The notes under the pieces were generated by a model, which saw only the letters and a program-made list of their open reading frames with translations, was not told the origin of the DNA and did not search any database. A program made the translations under genes and the position numbers. Shown here piece by piece: positions 52,299-60,892 of a stretch of DNA of 64,000 nucleotides (position 1 is the first letter of the stretch; each line of letters opens with the position of its first letter). The stretch is from Spirochaetia bacterium (GTDB taxonomy: Bacteria > Spirochaetota > Spirochaetia > CAKZLE01), in assembly GCA_021736385.1 (NCBI GenBank), contig JAIPFY010000003.1, forward strand, positions 9,828 to 73,827, given 5' to 3'.

Positions 52299-53462
52299 AT
52301 GAATAAAGATAGAAGTTATCTGTTTACATCCGAATCGGTGAGTGAAGGGCATCCTGATAAGATATGTGATCAGATCTCAGATGCGGTACTGGATGCCTGT
52401 CTTGAGGAGGATCCTCATTCACGCGTAGCGTGTGAGACCTTCACTACGACCGGTATGGTGCTTGTGGGTGGAGAGATAACGACATCGACCTATGTCTATC
52501 TGCAGGATCTTGTACGGGATGTCGTCAAAGGGATCGGATACTCCAATCCCGATTTCGGGCTTGATTACAAGTCCATGGCGATCCTGAATACCATCCACAG
52601 ACAGTCCAAAGATATTTCTCAGGGAGTCTCTGTGGGTGAAGGGATGTTCAAAGAGCAGGGAGCAGGAGATCAGGGGATGATGTTCGGATATGCCTGTGAT
52701 GAGACAGAAGAACTGATGCCTGCACCGATCATGTATAGCCATAAACTGCTGCAGAAAGCAGCTGAACTGCGCAAGAGCGGCGGTCTGGCCTGGATGCGAC
52801 CGGATTCGAAGAGCCAGGTCACCATGAACTATATCAATGGCAGACCGGTGAGTATCGATACCGTGGTCATCTCACACCAGCATGATCCTGATATCTCCTA
52901 TGATCAGATCGTCGACGATCTGAAGACCCATGTGATCGACCCGGTCCTCAGCCCTACAGGTATGTACTCTGATGCGACGAAGATCCTGATCAACCCGACC
53001 GGCAGATTCGTCGTGGGAGGTCCTCAGGGAGATTCGGGATTGACCGGCAGGAAGATCATCGTCGACACCTATGGCGGCATGGGCCGACATGGAGGAGGCG
53101 CCTTCAGCGGTAAGGACCCTTCCAAGGTCGACCGGTCTGCGGCATACATGGCGCGGTATGTAGCTAAACATATCGTTGCGGCAGGGTTGTGCACCCGATG
53201 CGAAGTACAGCTTGCCTATGCTATAGGAGTTCCCTATCCTGTGAGTGTCATGGTGGATACCTTCGGGACAGCGCAGCTTCCTGAGGAGCTTATCAGCAAT
53301 GCGATCATGAAGGTCTTCGATCTTACCCCGTCAGGGATCATCAGGACGCTTGATCTGCTCAAGCCCATCTACAGAAAGACGGCAGCCTATGGACACTTTG
53401 GAAGAGATTCGTTTACCTGGGAGCAGTTGGATAAGGTAGAAGAGCTGCAGAGATCAGTATAG
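52299..53462 (+). CDS. metK: S-adenosylmethionine synthetase
   Basis: [44 protein letters not shown]; GGAGG RBS. Confidence 0.98.
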   Translation: MNKDRSYLFTSESVSEGHPDKICDQISDAVLDACLEEDPHSRVACETFTTTGMVLVGGEITTSTYVYLQDLVRDVVKGIGYSNPDFGLDYKSMAILNTIHRQSKDISQGVSVGEGMFKEQGAGDQGMMFGYACDETEELMPAPIMYSHKLLQKAAELRKSGGLAWMRPDSKSQVTMNYINGRPVSIDTVVISHQHDPDISYDQIVDDLKTHVIDPVLSPTGMYSDATKILINPTGRFVVGGPQGDSGLTGRKIIVDTYGGMGRHGGGAFSGKDPSKVDRSAAYMARYVAKHIVAAGLCTRCEVQLAYAIGVPYPVSVMVDTFGTAQLPEELISNAIMKVFDLTPSGIIRTLDLLKPIYRKTAAYGHFGRDSFTWEQLDKVEELQRSV

Positions 53463-53471
53463 GAGCCAATA

Positions 53472-53510
53472 TTCAGCAGTCCCGAACCATCCCGGTAAGG
53501 GTCTGCTGAA
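53472..53510. terminator. probable terminator hairpin between convergent metK and pfkB-family gene
   Basis: TTCAGCAG ... CTGCTGAA inverted repeat in a 57-bp convergent gap. Confidence 0.5.
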
Positions 53511-53519
53511 GTCCATCGA

Positions 53520-54509
53520 TCAATGCATCTGCTGAATATGAGAGAGCATACTCTGGATCTTCTGGGCTGTGAACTGTGCTCCTACCTGTCCGATGATCTC
53601 ACCGGCAAGATAGGATGCGGTGTTACCGCATGCGGTGATCTCAAAACCGCGTGAGAGACCATACAGGAAGCCTGCTGCGTAGATATCACCCGCACCGGTC
53701 GTATCCACTGGGTCTTTTCCTTTGACCGGGATCCTGTGCATGCTCCCATGGTGGCTGATGAACGATCCCTGCTTCCCGTTCTTGACGACCGCCGTGGGGC
53801 AGAGCTTCCCCATACTCCTGGCACAGGCATAGGCATCATAATTATCAAAGAGGATCCTGGCCTCCTCGTTGTTGGCAAAGACGATATCCGCATACTCTGT
53901 TATGATATGCAGAAAGGCCTCCCTGTTCCTGCTGACAGCAAAAGGATCTGCGATATCGAACGATATCCTGGTATCCTGCTCTCTTGCCATGTCCAAAGCT
54001 CTCATCGTAGCTGCCTTCTGTGATTCAGTGTCCCACATGTACCCGGTGAAATGGATGAAGGATGCCTCTTTGAGTACTTCAACAGCGATATCCTCAGGAC
54101 CGAACTCTCTGTTCGCTCCCAGGTAGGTGTTCATGGTGCGTTCTGAATCAGGAGTCACCATGATGATACTGGAACCGGTCGGCGATGATGAGTCTCTCAG
54201 TTCATCCTGGACCTGAGTCTGGTGCAGCTTCTCTCTGTAGATGGTCCCATATGCATCACTGCCGACTTTACCTCCGAGAGCGGAGGCTATACCGAGGGAA
54301 CTGAGCGTGATGATGGTATTCGGGCAGGAACCACCGCAGTTATAGGTGATCTCCTTCCCTTCGATAAAAGCGATGAGCTCATCTCTCCGGCGTGTATCCA
54401 CGAGATGCATGGTACCCTTATGGATCCCCAGTGTGTCCAGATCATCATCAGAGACATGCACGATGATATCTATCAGGGGGTTTCCTACCCCGTATATGTC
54501 GATTGGCAT
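53520..54509 (-). CDS. PfkB family carbohydrate/nucleoside kinase (adenosine kinase-like)
   Basis: GVGNPLID, GGSCPNT, GKVGSDAYG, ERTM, FANNEE, VDTTGAGDIYAAGFLYG. Confidence 0.93.
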   Translation of the reverse strand: MPIDIYGVGNPLIDIIVHVSDDDLDTLGIHKGTMHLVDTRRRDELIAFIEGKEITYNCGGSCPNTIITLSSLGIASALGGKVGSDAYGTIYREKLHQTQVQDELRDSSSPTGSSIIMVTPDSERTMNTYLGANREFGPEDIAVEVLKEASFIHFTGYMWDTESQKAATMRALDMAREQDTRISFDIADPFAVSRNREAFLHIITEYADIVFANNEEARILFDNYDAYACARSMGKLCPTAVVKNGKQGSFISHHGSMHRIPVKGKDPVDTTGAGDIYAAGFLYGLSRGFEITACGNTASYLAGEIIGQVGAQFTAQKIQSMLSHIQQMH

Positions 54510-54529
54510 ATATCCATAGTATCTGGATT

Positions 54530-55207
54530 CTACGGCAAATACAAGCTTACCGTTTCTCTCATCTGCAGTAAAACAGCATCTTTGAACTGCTCGATGTGCT
54601 CTGCCCGGCTCGCAGAGGGATCATTGAACTCTGAGGGAAATACCGGTGTACCTATCACCATGATCACCTGTGGGAACGGCCAGAAGGGGCGTTTTCGTAG
54701 GATCTCAGTGATCGGTACGACCGGCAGGTCGAAAAACAGAGCCAGGGAGAAGGCACCTGAGTTGAATTCTGCGATGTTCTCATTGTGGGGGAACATCCTA
54801 CCTTCCGGGAACAGATGGATACTGCGGTCGGTCTGCTGCAGGATATGGCCGATGGGCTTGATGATCCTTCCCGGCTGATCCTGCGGGATGGGAAAACCAC
54901 CGAGACATCGGATGAAGAACGAGAACAGCCGGTTCTTCGTGAAGGTCTCCTCAAGACCTGAGAAATAGGTCCTTTTCGGCCATATCGCCTCTGCTACGAA
55001 CCCGGGATCAAGGTAGTGCAGATGGTTGGATACGAAGATCACCTGACCTGTGTGCTTGAGGTGCTTACGATTTCGTACCCTGAAACGGTAGCAGCATACA
55101 TATACAACACTCTGCAGGATGAAGACGATATGAAAGATGATCTCCGAGATGGTGGTAAAGAGTCGGGAGGTATGAAATATGGTTATCGTACTGTTCGGTC
55201 TTTCCAT
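54530..55207 (-). CDS. lysophospholipid (PlsC-like) acyltransferase
   Basis: FVSNHLHYLDP (HX4D), LFPEGRM, VVPI. Confidence 0.88.
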   Translation of the reverse strand: MERPNSTITIFHTSRLFTTISEIIFHIVFILQSVVYVCCYRFRVRNRKHLKHTGQVIFVSNHLHYLDPGFVAEAIWPKRTYFSGLEETFTKNRLFSFFIRCLGGFPIPQDQPGRIIKPIGHILQQTDRSIHLFPEGRMFPHNENIAEFNSGAFSLALFFDLPVVPITEILRKRPFWPFPQVIMVIGTPVFPSEFNDPSASRAEHIEQFKDAVLLQMRETVSLYLP

Positions 55208-56310
55208 GAGTACCCCTTCCCTGTCAGTGTGATATATAACCCGTGGAGGAACATGATGACGATCAGTGTCATCGTAGGACCGTACAGCAGCAGTGTCTTC
55301 AGTGAGTTGCGCTGAAAGATCGATGTCTGTGCCCAGGATGCATACAGGAGCGAGACTGCGAACAGCAGTCGAAGCGAGACCTGAAGCCCGAAGACCAGCT
55401 GATAGATCAGCACCAGTGCAGGGAAGATCATGAACAGAACGACAAGAGGGACTGCGAGTATGGGGATGAGCACATGGGTATCGAAGAAATCGATGATACT
55501 TCGAGATATCCCTTTGAACGAAGCCCGGAATGAGTCGTACATCCTGCAGGAGACCACCGATCCGATATCAAGAAAGGCCTGATGAAACCCATGGGAGATC
55601 AGGAGTCTTGAAAGATGTATGTCATCGGTGATCGCATCCCGGATCTCATGAAAGCCACCCAGGGCTGTGAAGACTGCTGCATCGATACAGATGTACTGAC
55701 CGATGGCAAGCCCGAACAAGGGGTTCTGTGATCGACGCTGGAGCCATAGCGGGGTAATATAGAGAATATTGAAGTGCATGGCAGAGACGACGGCCTGACA
55801 TGAGATGGAGGGCAGTTCCTGTTTCGGATACCCTGAGATCATATCGACATGATTGGCTGTGATATTGGTATGGGCGAAGGAGAGACTCTCTTTCGCATGG
55901 ATGGTATCGGCATCTGTGAACAGGAGGTACTCACCTTCTGCAAGCTCTGAGAGCTGCTGGAGGGCATAGTTCTTACCATTCCAACCCTCTTTCAACGGTT
56001 TCCCCCGCACCGCCTTCAGTCTGCTGCTGCTCTTCACATACGAGCAGATGATATCCCAGGTGCTGTCTGTCGAGTTGTCATCAAGTACGATGACCTCATA
56101 ATTATCATAATCCTGAGCAAGAAGGGACCTGAGGCAGGCGCCGATCGAAGCCTCTTCGTTCCGTGCCGGTATCAGTACGGAGATCATAGGGCCTGTTCGT
56201 GCACCCGCCGTATGAGTATGTCTGATCATAAAGATGATGTTGCTCAGAGAGAACAGGAATGTATAGAGACCGATGACCAGGACTATATCGGTGAAGATGT
56301 CTTCTATCAT
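55183..56310 (-). CDS. GT2 glycosyltransferase, CrtQ-like membrane-bound
   Basis: ISVLIPARNEE, VLDDNSTD, GWNGK, LFTDADT, GQY, ITDDIHL, SCRMY, WKDR; N- and C-terminal TMs. Confidence 0.9.
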   Translation of the reverse strand: MIEDIFTDIVLVIGLYTFLFSLSNIIFMIRHTHTAGARTGPMISVLIPARNEEASIGACLRSLLAQDYDNYEVIVLDDNSTDSTWDIICSYVKSSSRLKAVRGKPLKEGWNGKNYALQQLSELAEGEYLLFTDADTIHAKESLSFAHTNITANHVDMISGYPKQELPSISCQAVVSAMHFNILYITPLWLQRRSQNPLFGLAIGQYICIDAAVFTALGGFHEIRDAITDDIHLSRLLISHGFHQAFLDIGSVVSCRMYDSFRASFKGISRSIIDFFDTHVLIPILAVPLVVLFMIFPALVLIYQLVFGLQVSLRLLFAVSLLYASWAQTSIFQRNSLKTLLLYGPTMTLIVIMFLHGLYITLTGKGYSWKDRTVR

Positions 56311-56378
56311 GATAGGGTAAGCTTATACAATGGGAGCATCGAGGTCAATCTGTCTGAACTCCACATGAACTGCTGCAG

Positions 56379-57140
56379 TCATAACTCGTCTCTCAGCTCC
56401 CTGATGTAGGCATTGTTGGGATAGATCTCCTGTGCTGAACGGTAGTAGGCCTCTGCAAGCTCCTTGTTCTTGTGCTTTGCTTCGATGATACCGAGACTGG
56501 AGTAGACCGTGAAGGCCTCTGAAGGCAGCAGTTCTATCGAAAGGAGACTCAGAAGCAGTTCTTTTGCCTTTTTGGTATCACCGCCGAACAGAGACGGGGT
56601 ATAGATGAGTTGGTTACTCTTCAAAATGATCGATCTGGGATTGTCGGTATCCATCTTCCAGACCTTCTGGGTGATGTTGTTTGCCTTCATCCCATAGGTG
56701 AAGAGATTCTTTCTCTCATCCATAAGGAAGAATGCGCCGTTGATCTCACCCTCGATCAGCAGCTGTTCTACCGATGGCTCCTTTCCCGGTATGCGGTCAA
56801 GGAGTTCCATCCCGGCTTCAAGATAGTTCGCTGCAAGGCGATGATCCCTGCAGTAGTCCTCAAGGATATGCTGCCGTCCCATGACAAGGGTCGCTCTGGC
56901 CTTTCCGGTAAGACGGGAACCCTCTGACAGGGGGGCTGTATCCAGCCAATCGAACAGGGCATCATACATCTCATTGATACGTTCCAGCGGAGCTCCATTA
57001 TAGATGAGGTCATAGAAGGCGGTGAACTCACTTGAGCTGTAGATCTGCTGTACCTCGGTATCCTCATAGCCTGCAGACCACAATGCGCTCTGGACGGATA
57101 CGAGCAGCAGGGCGATCATGATCAAGGTATATATGGTCAT
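56379..57140 (-). CDS. secreted TPR-like hypothetical protein
   Basis: Signal-peptide-like N-terminus (MTIYTLIMIALLLVSVQSA), helical repeats, C-terminal AEAYYRSAQEIYPNN. Confidence 0.7.
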   Translation of the reverse strand: MTIYTLIMIALLLVSVQSALWSAGYEDTEVQQIYSSSEFTAFYDLIYNGAPLERINEMYDALFDWLDTAPLSEGSRLTGKARATLVMGRQHILEDYCRDHRLAANYLEAGMELLDRIPGKEPSVEQLLIEGEINGAFFLMDERKNLFTYGMKANNITQKVWKMDTDNPRSIILKSNQLIYTPSLFGGDTKKAKELLLSLLSIELLPSEAFTVYSSLGIIEAKHKNKELAEAYYRSAQEIYPNNAYIRELRDEL

Positions 57141-57331
57141 TCGGTTGTTTCGGTGTACTCTCATCAGTCCAGTATATACCAATAGTGCAGGGGCAATAAA
57201 GGAGAAACCATGAGTTCTGATGAAAAAGGAGACAAGCCGGACAGGAGCCGGAGACCGTATGAGCCCATCATATTGTGCTATATGCACTGAGATTTCTTGC
57301 AAATCAGCGCAAAGGTAGTTAGAGTATGTGC

Positions 57332-58612
57332 ATGGGATCGTATATCATTCAAGGGGGAAAACCCCTGAGCGGCGAAGTGACCGCAAGTGGTAATAAGAAT
57401 GCGGCGCTGCCGTGTATCGCAGCGACACTGCTGACCGATGAGGCTGTAGTACTGAAGAACCTTCCGGAGATCGAAGATGTGCATATCATGTTCAAGATCC
57501 TCCAGGGACTGGGATCCGAGGTGAAACGGCTGAGCCCCGGAACGTATCAGATTCAGACCGGTGATATCTCAGGCACCATAGATGAGGTACTCGCAGATCT
57601 CATACGTGCCTCGATCTTGTTCGCTGGTCCTCTGCTCGGCAGAGTCGGCAAGGTGGCCCTTGCCCCGCCGGGAGGCGATATCATAGGACTGAGACGACTT
57701 GATACACACTTTCTTGCCTTCGAAGCCCTCGGTGCAGTGTCCCAAGTCACCAATGATCGGTATATCGTCATCGAGGCAGCAACCCTTACCGGCAGCGATA
57801 TATTTCTCGACGAAGCTTCGGTGACGGCCACAGAGAACGCTGTGATGGCTGCGGTACTGGCCGGAGGGAAGACGGTCATTCGCAATGCGGCAAGTGAGCC
57901 CCACGTACAGGATCTGTGCCGGATGCTCAGCAGGATGGGAGCCGAGATCACAGGGATCGGCTCGAACCTGATCCATATTGCAGGAGTTCCCCGGCTCGGC
58001 GGCTGTGAATACACCATCGGTTCAGACTACATGGAGATCGGATCCTATATCGGACTTGCCGCAGCGACCGGAGGAGAGATCACGATACACGGGGTGCAGC
58101 TCGAACATCTGCCGATGATCCGTCTGGGATATAAGAAACTCGGTATTACCTGGGTAGAACAGGGTCAGTCACTCCATGTCCCGGCACACCAGAGCCGGGT
58201 GATCTGCACCGATGTCAGCGGGATGATGACCAAGATCGATGATGCTCCCTGGCCGGGATTCCCAGCCGACCTGCTGAGTATCATCACGGTCATAGCGACC
58301 CAGATGCAGGGGACGGTTCTCGTGCATGAGAAGATGTTCGAATCACGGATGTTCTTTGTGGACATGCTCATCAGGATGGGAGCCTTCATCGTCCTGTGCG
58401 ATCCGCATCGCGCGGTGATCTCAGGACCATCAAGACTCCATGGGGCACTGGTCACCTCTCCTGATGTGAGAGCCGGCATGGCACTGGTGATCGCCGCATT
58501 ATCTGCAGATGGGAGAAGCGAGATCCAGAACGTCTTTCAGATCGAACGCGGATATGAGGATCTCTGTGGAAAACTCCATGCCCTCGGTGCTAATATCGTA
58601 CGAAAAGACTGA
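57332..58612 (+). CDS. murA: UDP-N-acetylglucosamine 1-carboxyvinyltransferase
   Basis: SGNKNAALP, LIRASILF, PGGDIIG, ASVTATEN, PWPGFPADL, PDVRAG, IERGYE. Confidence 0.96.
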   Translation: MGSYIIQGGKPLSGEVTASGNKNAALPCIAATLLTDEAVVLKNLPEIEDVHIMFKILQGLGSEVKRLSPGTYQIQTGDISGTIDEVLADLIRASILFAGPLLGRVGKVALAPPGGDIIGLRRLDTHFLAFEALGAVSQVTNDRYIVIEAATLTGSDIFLDEASVTATENAVMAAVLAGGKTVIRNAASEPHVQDLCRMLSRMGAEITGIGSNLIHIAGVPRLGGCEYTIGSDYMEIGSYIGLAAATGGEITIHGVQLEHLPMIRLGYKKLGITWVEQGQSLHVPAHQSRVICTDVSGMMTKIDDAPWPGFPADLLSIITVIATQMQGTVLVHEKMFESRMFFVDMLIRMGAFIVLCDPHRAVISGPSRLHGALVTSPDVRAGMALVIAALSADGRSEIQNVFQIERGYEDLCGKLHALGANIVRKD

Positions 58613-58645
58613 TGGATAATGAGTTGTATCATACCAATAAGCAAG

Positions 58646-58911
58646 TTATTAAGACTCTCTTAACAAGTTATCCACAAGTTATACCATAATGGGTACGCGG
58701 TAAGTGTCCTCAATGCTGTCAAGGTTTTTACATGAAGTTTTTCTACATAATTCTGTAAGATATAATAAAGCTATATATTGTATATAAATATAAAATTCTG
58801 CTTAACGAATGTTTTTTTTGGTTCGAAAAAACGAAAAAAGTATGGGGAACAGATGAGAACTTTCAAGCTTCTGCACAAGTTATCCACAAGTTGTCCAGAA
58901 TCTGTGCAAAA
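58646..58911. promoter_or_regulatory. DnaA-box cluster outside oriC
   Basis: Perfect TTATCCACA at 58668 and 58880, each inside an AG-spaced 11-bp-period array, plus an inverted TTTTGCACA at 58903-58911. Confidence 0.75.
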
Positions 58912-58913
58912 CG

Positions 58914-59561
58914 CTATCGTTTGATGATGCGGTACCCGTAACCTCGTTCTGCAATAACAAGTTCCTCATCGTAGCTCAGCACATATCTCAGCTTCTTTCT
59001 CAACTTCGAGATGGACATATCAAGGCTTCTGCTGCCTGCATCGTTCAGATTCGGCAGGCACTCGAGCAGCAGTTCCCGTTCGATGGGAAAGGGGGAAGCT
59101 CCTACCAGATATTTCAGAATGAGGTATTCGGTATAGGTTATGGAGACAGAGTTCTCATCGGTGATGACACGATCTTCAGAAAACCGGAACGAACGATCCC
59201 CGCTATAGGTGAACCGCTGCAGTGTCTGCCTGATGATCCTGCAGGCGAGCTCCTCACCTGCAAACGGGTAGATGATGAAGTCCTTCACCCCATAGGCAAG
59301 GGATGCTCGTATATGCTCTACCGGACCGAAGGCCATGATCGGATAGGTGTGTTCTATCAGCCGCTTCTGAGGGATCTCAAGCAGACTCCTGCTTGGTAAT
59401 AGATAGGCATCATACAATGGCTGCGGCCTGAAGGTATCAAAGAATATGGGTTTGATCTCTTCAAAGGCTGTGAGAGCCTCAGCGATCTGCCGCTTCTCCT
59501 CATCATCGGCGAAACAGAAATTCACGATCAGACGCGCTTGTGATGAACATAGATCTTTCAT
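58914..59561 (-). CDS. OmpR-type winged-helix protein with degenerate (pseudo) receiver domain
   Basis: C-terminal ITYTEYLILKYL...SRSLDMSISKLRKKL...ERGYGYRI; receiver-like N-terminus lacks the phospho-Asp and the Lys of KPF (IIYPF). Confidence 0.85.
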   Translation of the reverse strand: MKDLCSSQARLIVNFCFADDEEKRQIAEALTAFEEIKPIFFDTFRPQPLYDAYLLPSRSLLEIPQKRLIEHTYPIMAFGPVEHIRASLAYGVKDFIIYPFAGEELACRIIRQTLQRFTYSGDRSFRFSEDRVITDENSVSITYTEYLILKYLVGASPFPIERELLLECLPNLNDAGSRSLDMSISKLRKKLRYVLSYDEELVIAERGYGYRIIKR

Positions 59562-59570
59562 GGTATATCC

Positions 59571-60689
59571 TTACATATGGAGTGTTGCGGGCATATAGAG
59601 ATCATCGAACGTTCGGGTGGTAAGGGATATGATCCTGTCATGTGGAGAGCATATCACGCAGCGGGACAGAAAGGAAAACAATTCTCTCACATTTCCCGGC
59701 CACTTCTGTCTCTGTATGAGCTCGATGGTGGATGGAGAGAGGGAGTATTCTTCATGGTATTTGGTAAAGTAATATGATGCGAGTTCGGGGATATCCTCAA
59801 GATGCTCTCTCAGCGGGGGGATACATATGACCAGAGAGTTGATCCGGTAATAGAGATCATCCCGGAACCGTTTGTGCTGTATATCTGAGAGCAGCTGTCT
59901 GTTCGTGGCGCAGACGAACCTGACATCCACACTTCTCTGGGTCGTATCACCCAACCGATAGTAGGTCTTCTCCTCGAGGACTTTCAGCAGCTTCGGCTGC
60001 TGCTGTAACGGGATGTCACCGATCTCATCAAGGAAGAGGGTCCCCTTCTGTGCAGCGGGCAGAAAGCCTATCTTATCCTGCAGAGCACCGGTAAAGGAGC
60101 CCTTTGCATGACCGAACAACTCTGATTCGAACAGGCTGTGACTCAACGTAGAACAGTTGAGCTCGACATACCTCCCGGTTCTGGAGGAGATGGTGTGGAT
60201 CGCCTGTGCGGCAATGTTCTTACCGGTCCCGGTCTCTCCTAGCATCAGTACCGGTTCGTCCGCAGCCGCATAGGTGGCAATTTTCGATCTGACCGCGCGC
60301 ATCATGGCAGAATTCCCGGCGAGCGGTATGGTCCGGGCGATACGCTGGTGCTCATCGGGGATCTCAGATCGCTCTTCCAACAGATGCATGAAGATCGACT
60401 GGATGATCTGAGTCCTCTCACAACCCGCGATACAGACTGTCTGTATCCTGTTGTGGTGGCACTTCTGATGGGACATGACCAGACCTTTGAACTTGCGGAA
60501 TGCAAGGTCATTGAAATACCCACTATGATCATGGTCATTGCTTGAGAGGATGATCACGTCACTGTTCTTATGTTCGGTAGCCAGAAGGACTCTCTCCCAG
60601 ATGCGTTCCTGTTGTATGGAAAAACTCTGTATGGCATACAGGTAACTGAACAGACGCTGATCCTTTCCAAAGCAAATGATGTCAATCAT
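59571..60689 (-). CDS. sigma-54 interaction-domain (bEBP-like) AAA+ protein without C-terminal HTH
   Basis: GETGTGKN, ESELFGHAKGSFTGA, FLDEIGD, FRDDLYYRI, WPGNVREL, then a stop about 35 aa later; AAGGA RBS before ATG 60689. Confidence 0.9.
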   Translation of the reverse strand: MIDIICFGKDQRLFSYLYAIQSFSIQQERIWERVLLATEHKNSDVIILSSNDHDHSGYFNDLAFRKFKGLVMSHQKCHHNRIQTVCIAGCERTQIIQSIFMHLLEERSEIPDEHQRIARTIPLAGNSAMMRAVRSKIATYAAADEPVLMLGETGTGKNIAAQAIHTISSRTGRYVELNCSTLSHSLFESELFGHAKGSFTGALQDKIGFLPAAQKGTLFLDEIGDIPLQQQPKLLKVLEEKTYYRLGDTTQRSVDVRFVCATNRQLLSDIQHKRFRDDLYYRINSLVICIPPLREHLEDIPELASYYFTKYHEEYSLSPSTIELIQRQKWPGNVRELFSFLSRCVICSPHDRIISLTTRTFDDLYMPATLHM

Positions 60690-60892
60690 GTGAATTCCTT
60701 TATCGTATGGCAAGTATCACTCTCAGGTCATGATTTGTAAATAGTCCAGTCGGTGTAGGGATTAATATGGACATCTCTGTGTGGTGCTGAAGAGGTGTGT
60801 ACTGTTTTATCGGTATAGATCTGAAGCTATTGATGGATATATGAACAAATCTTTATTGCAACTAATCACTCTACATTATAGAATATGTTCCT

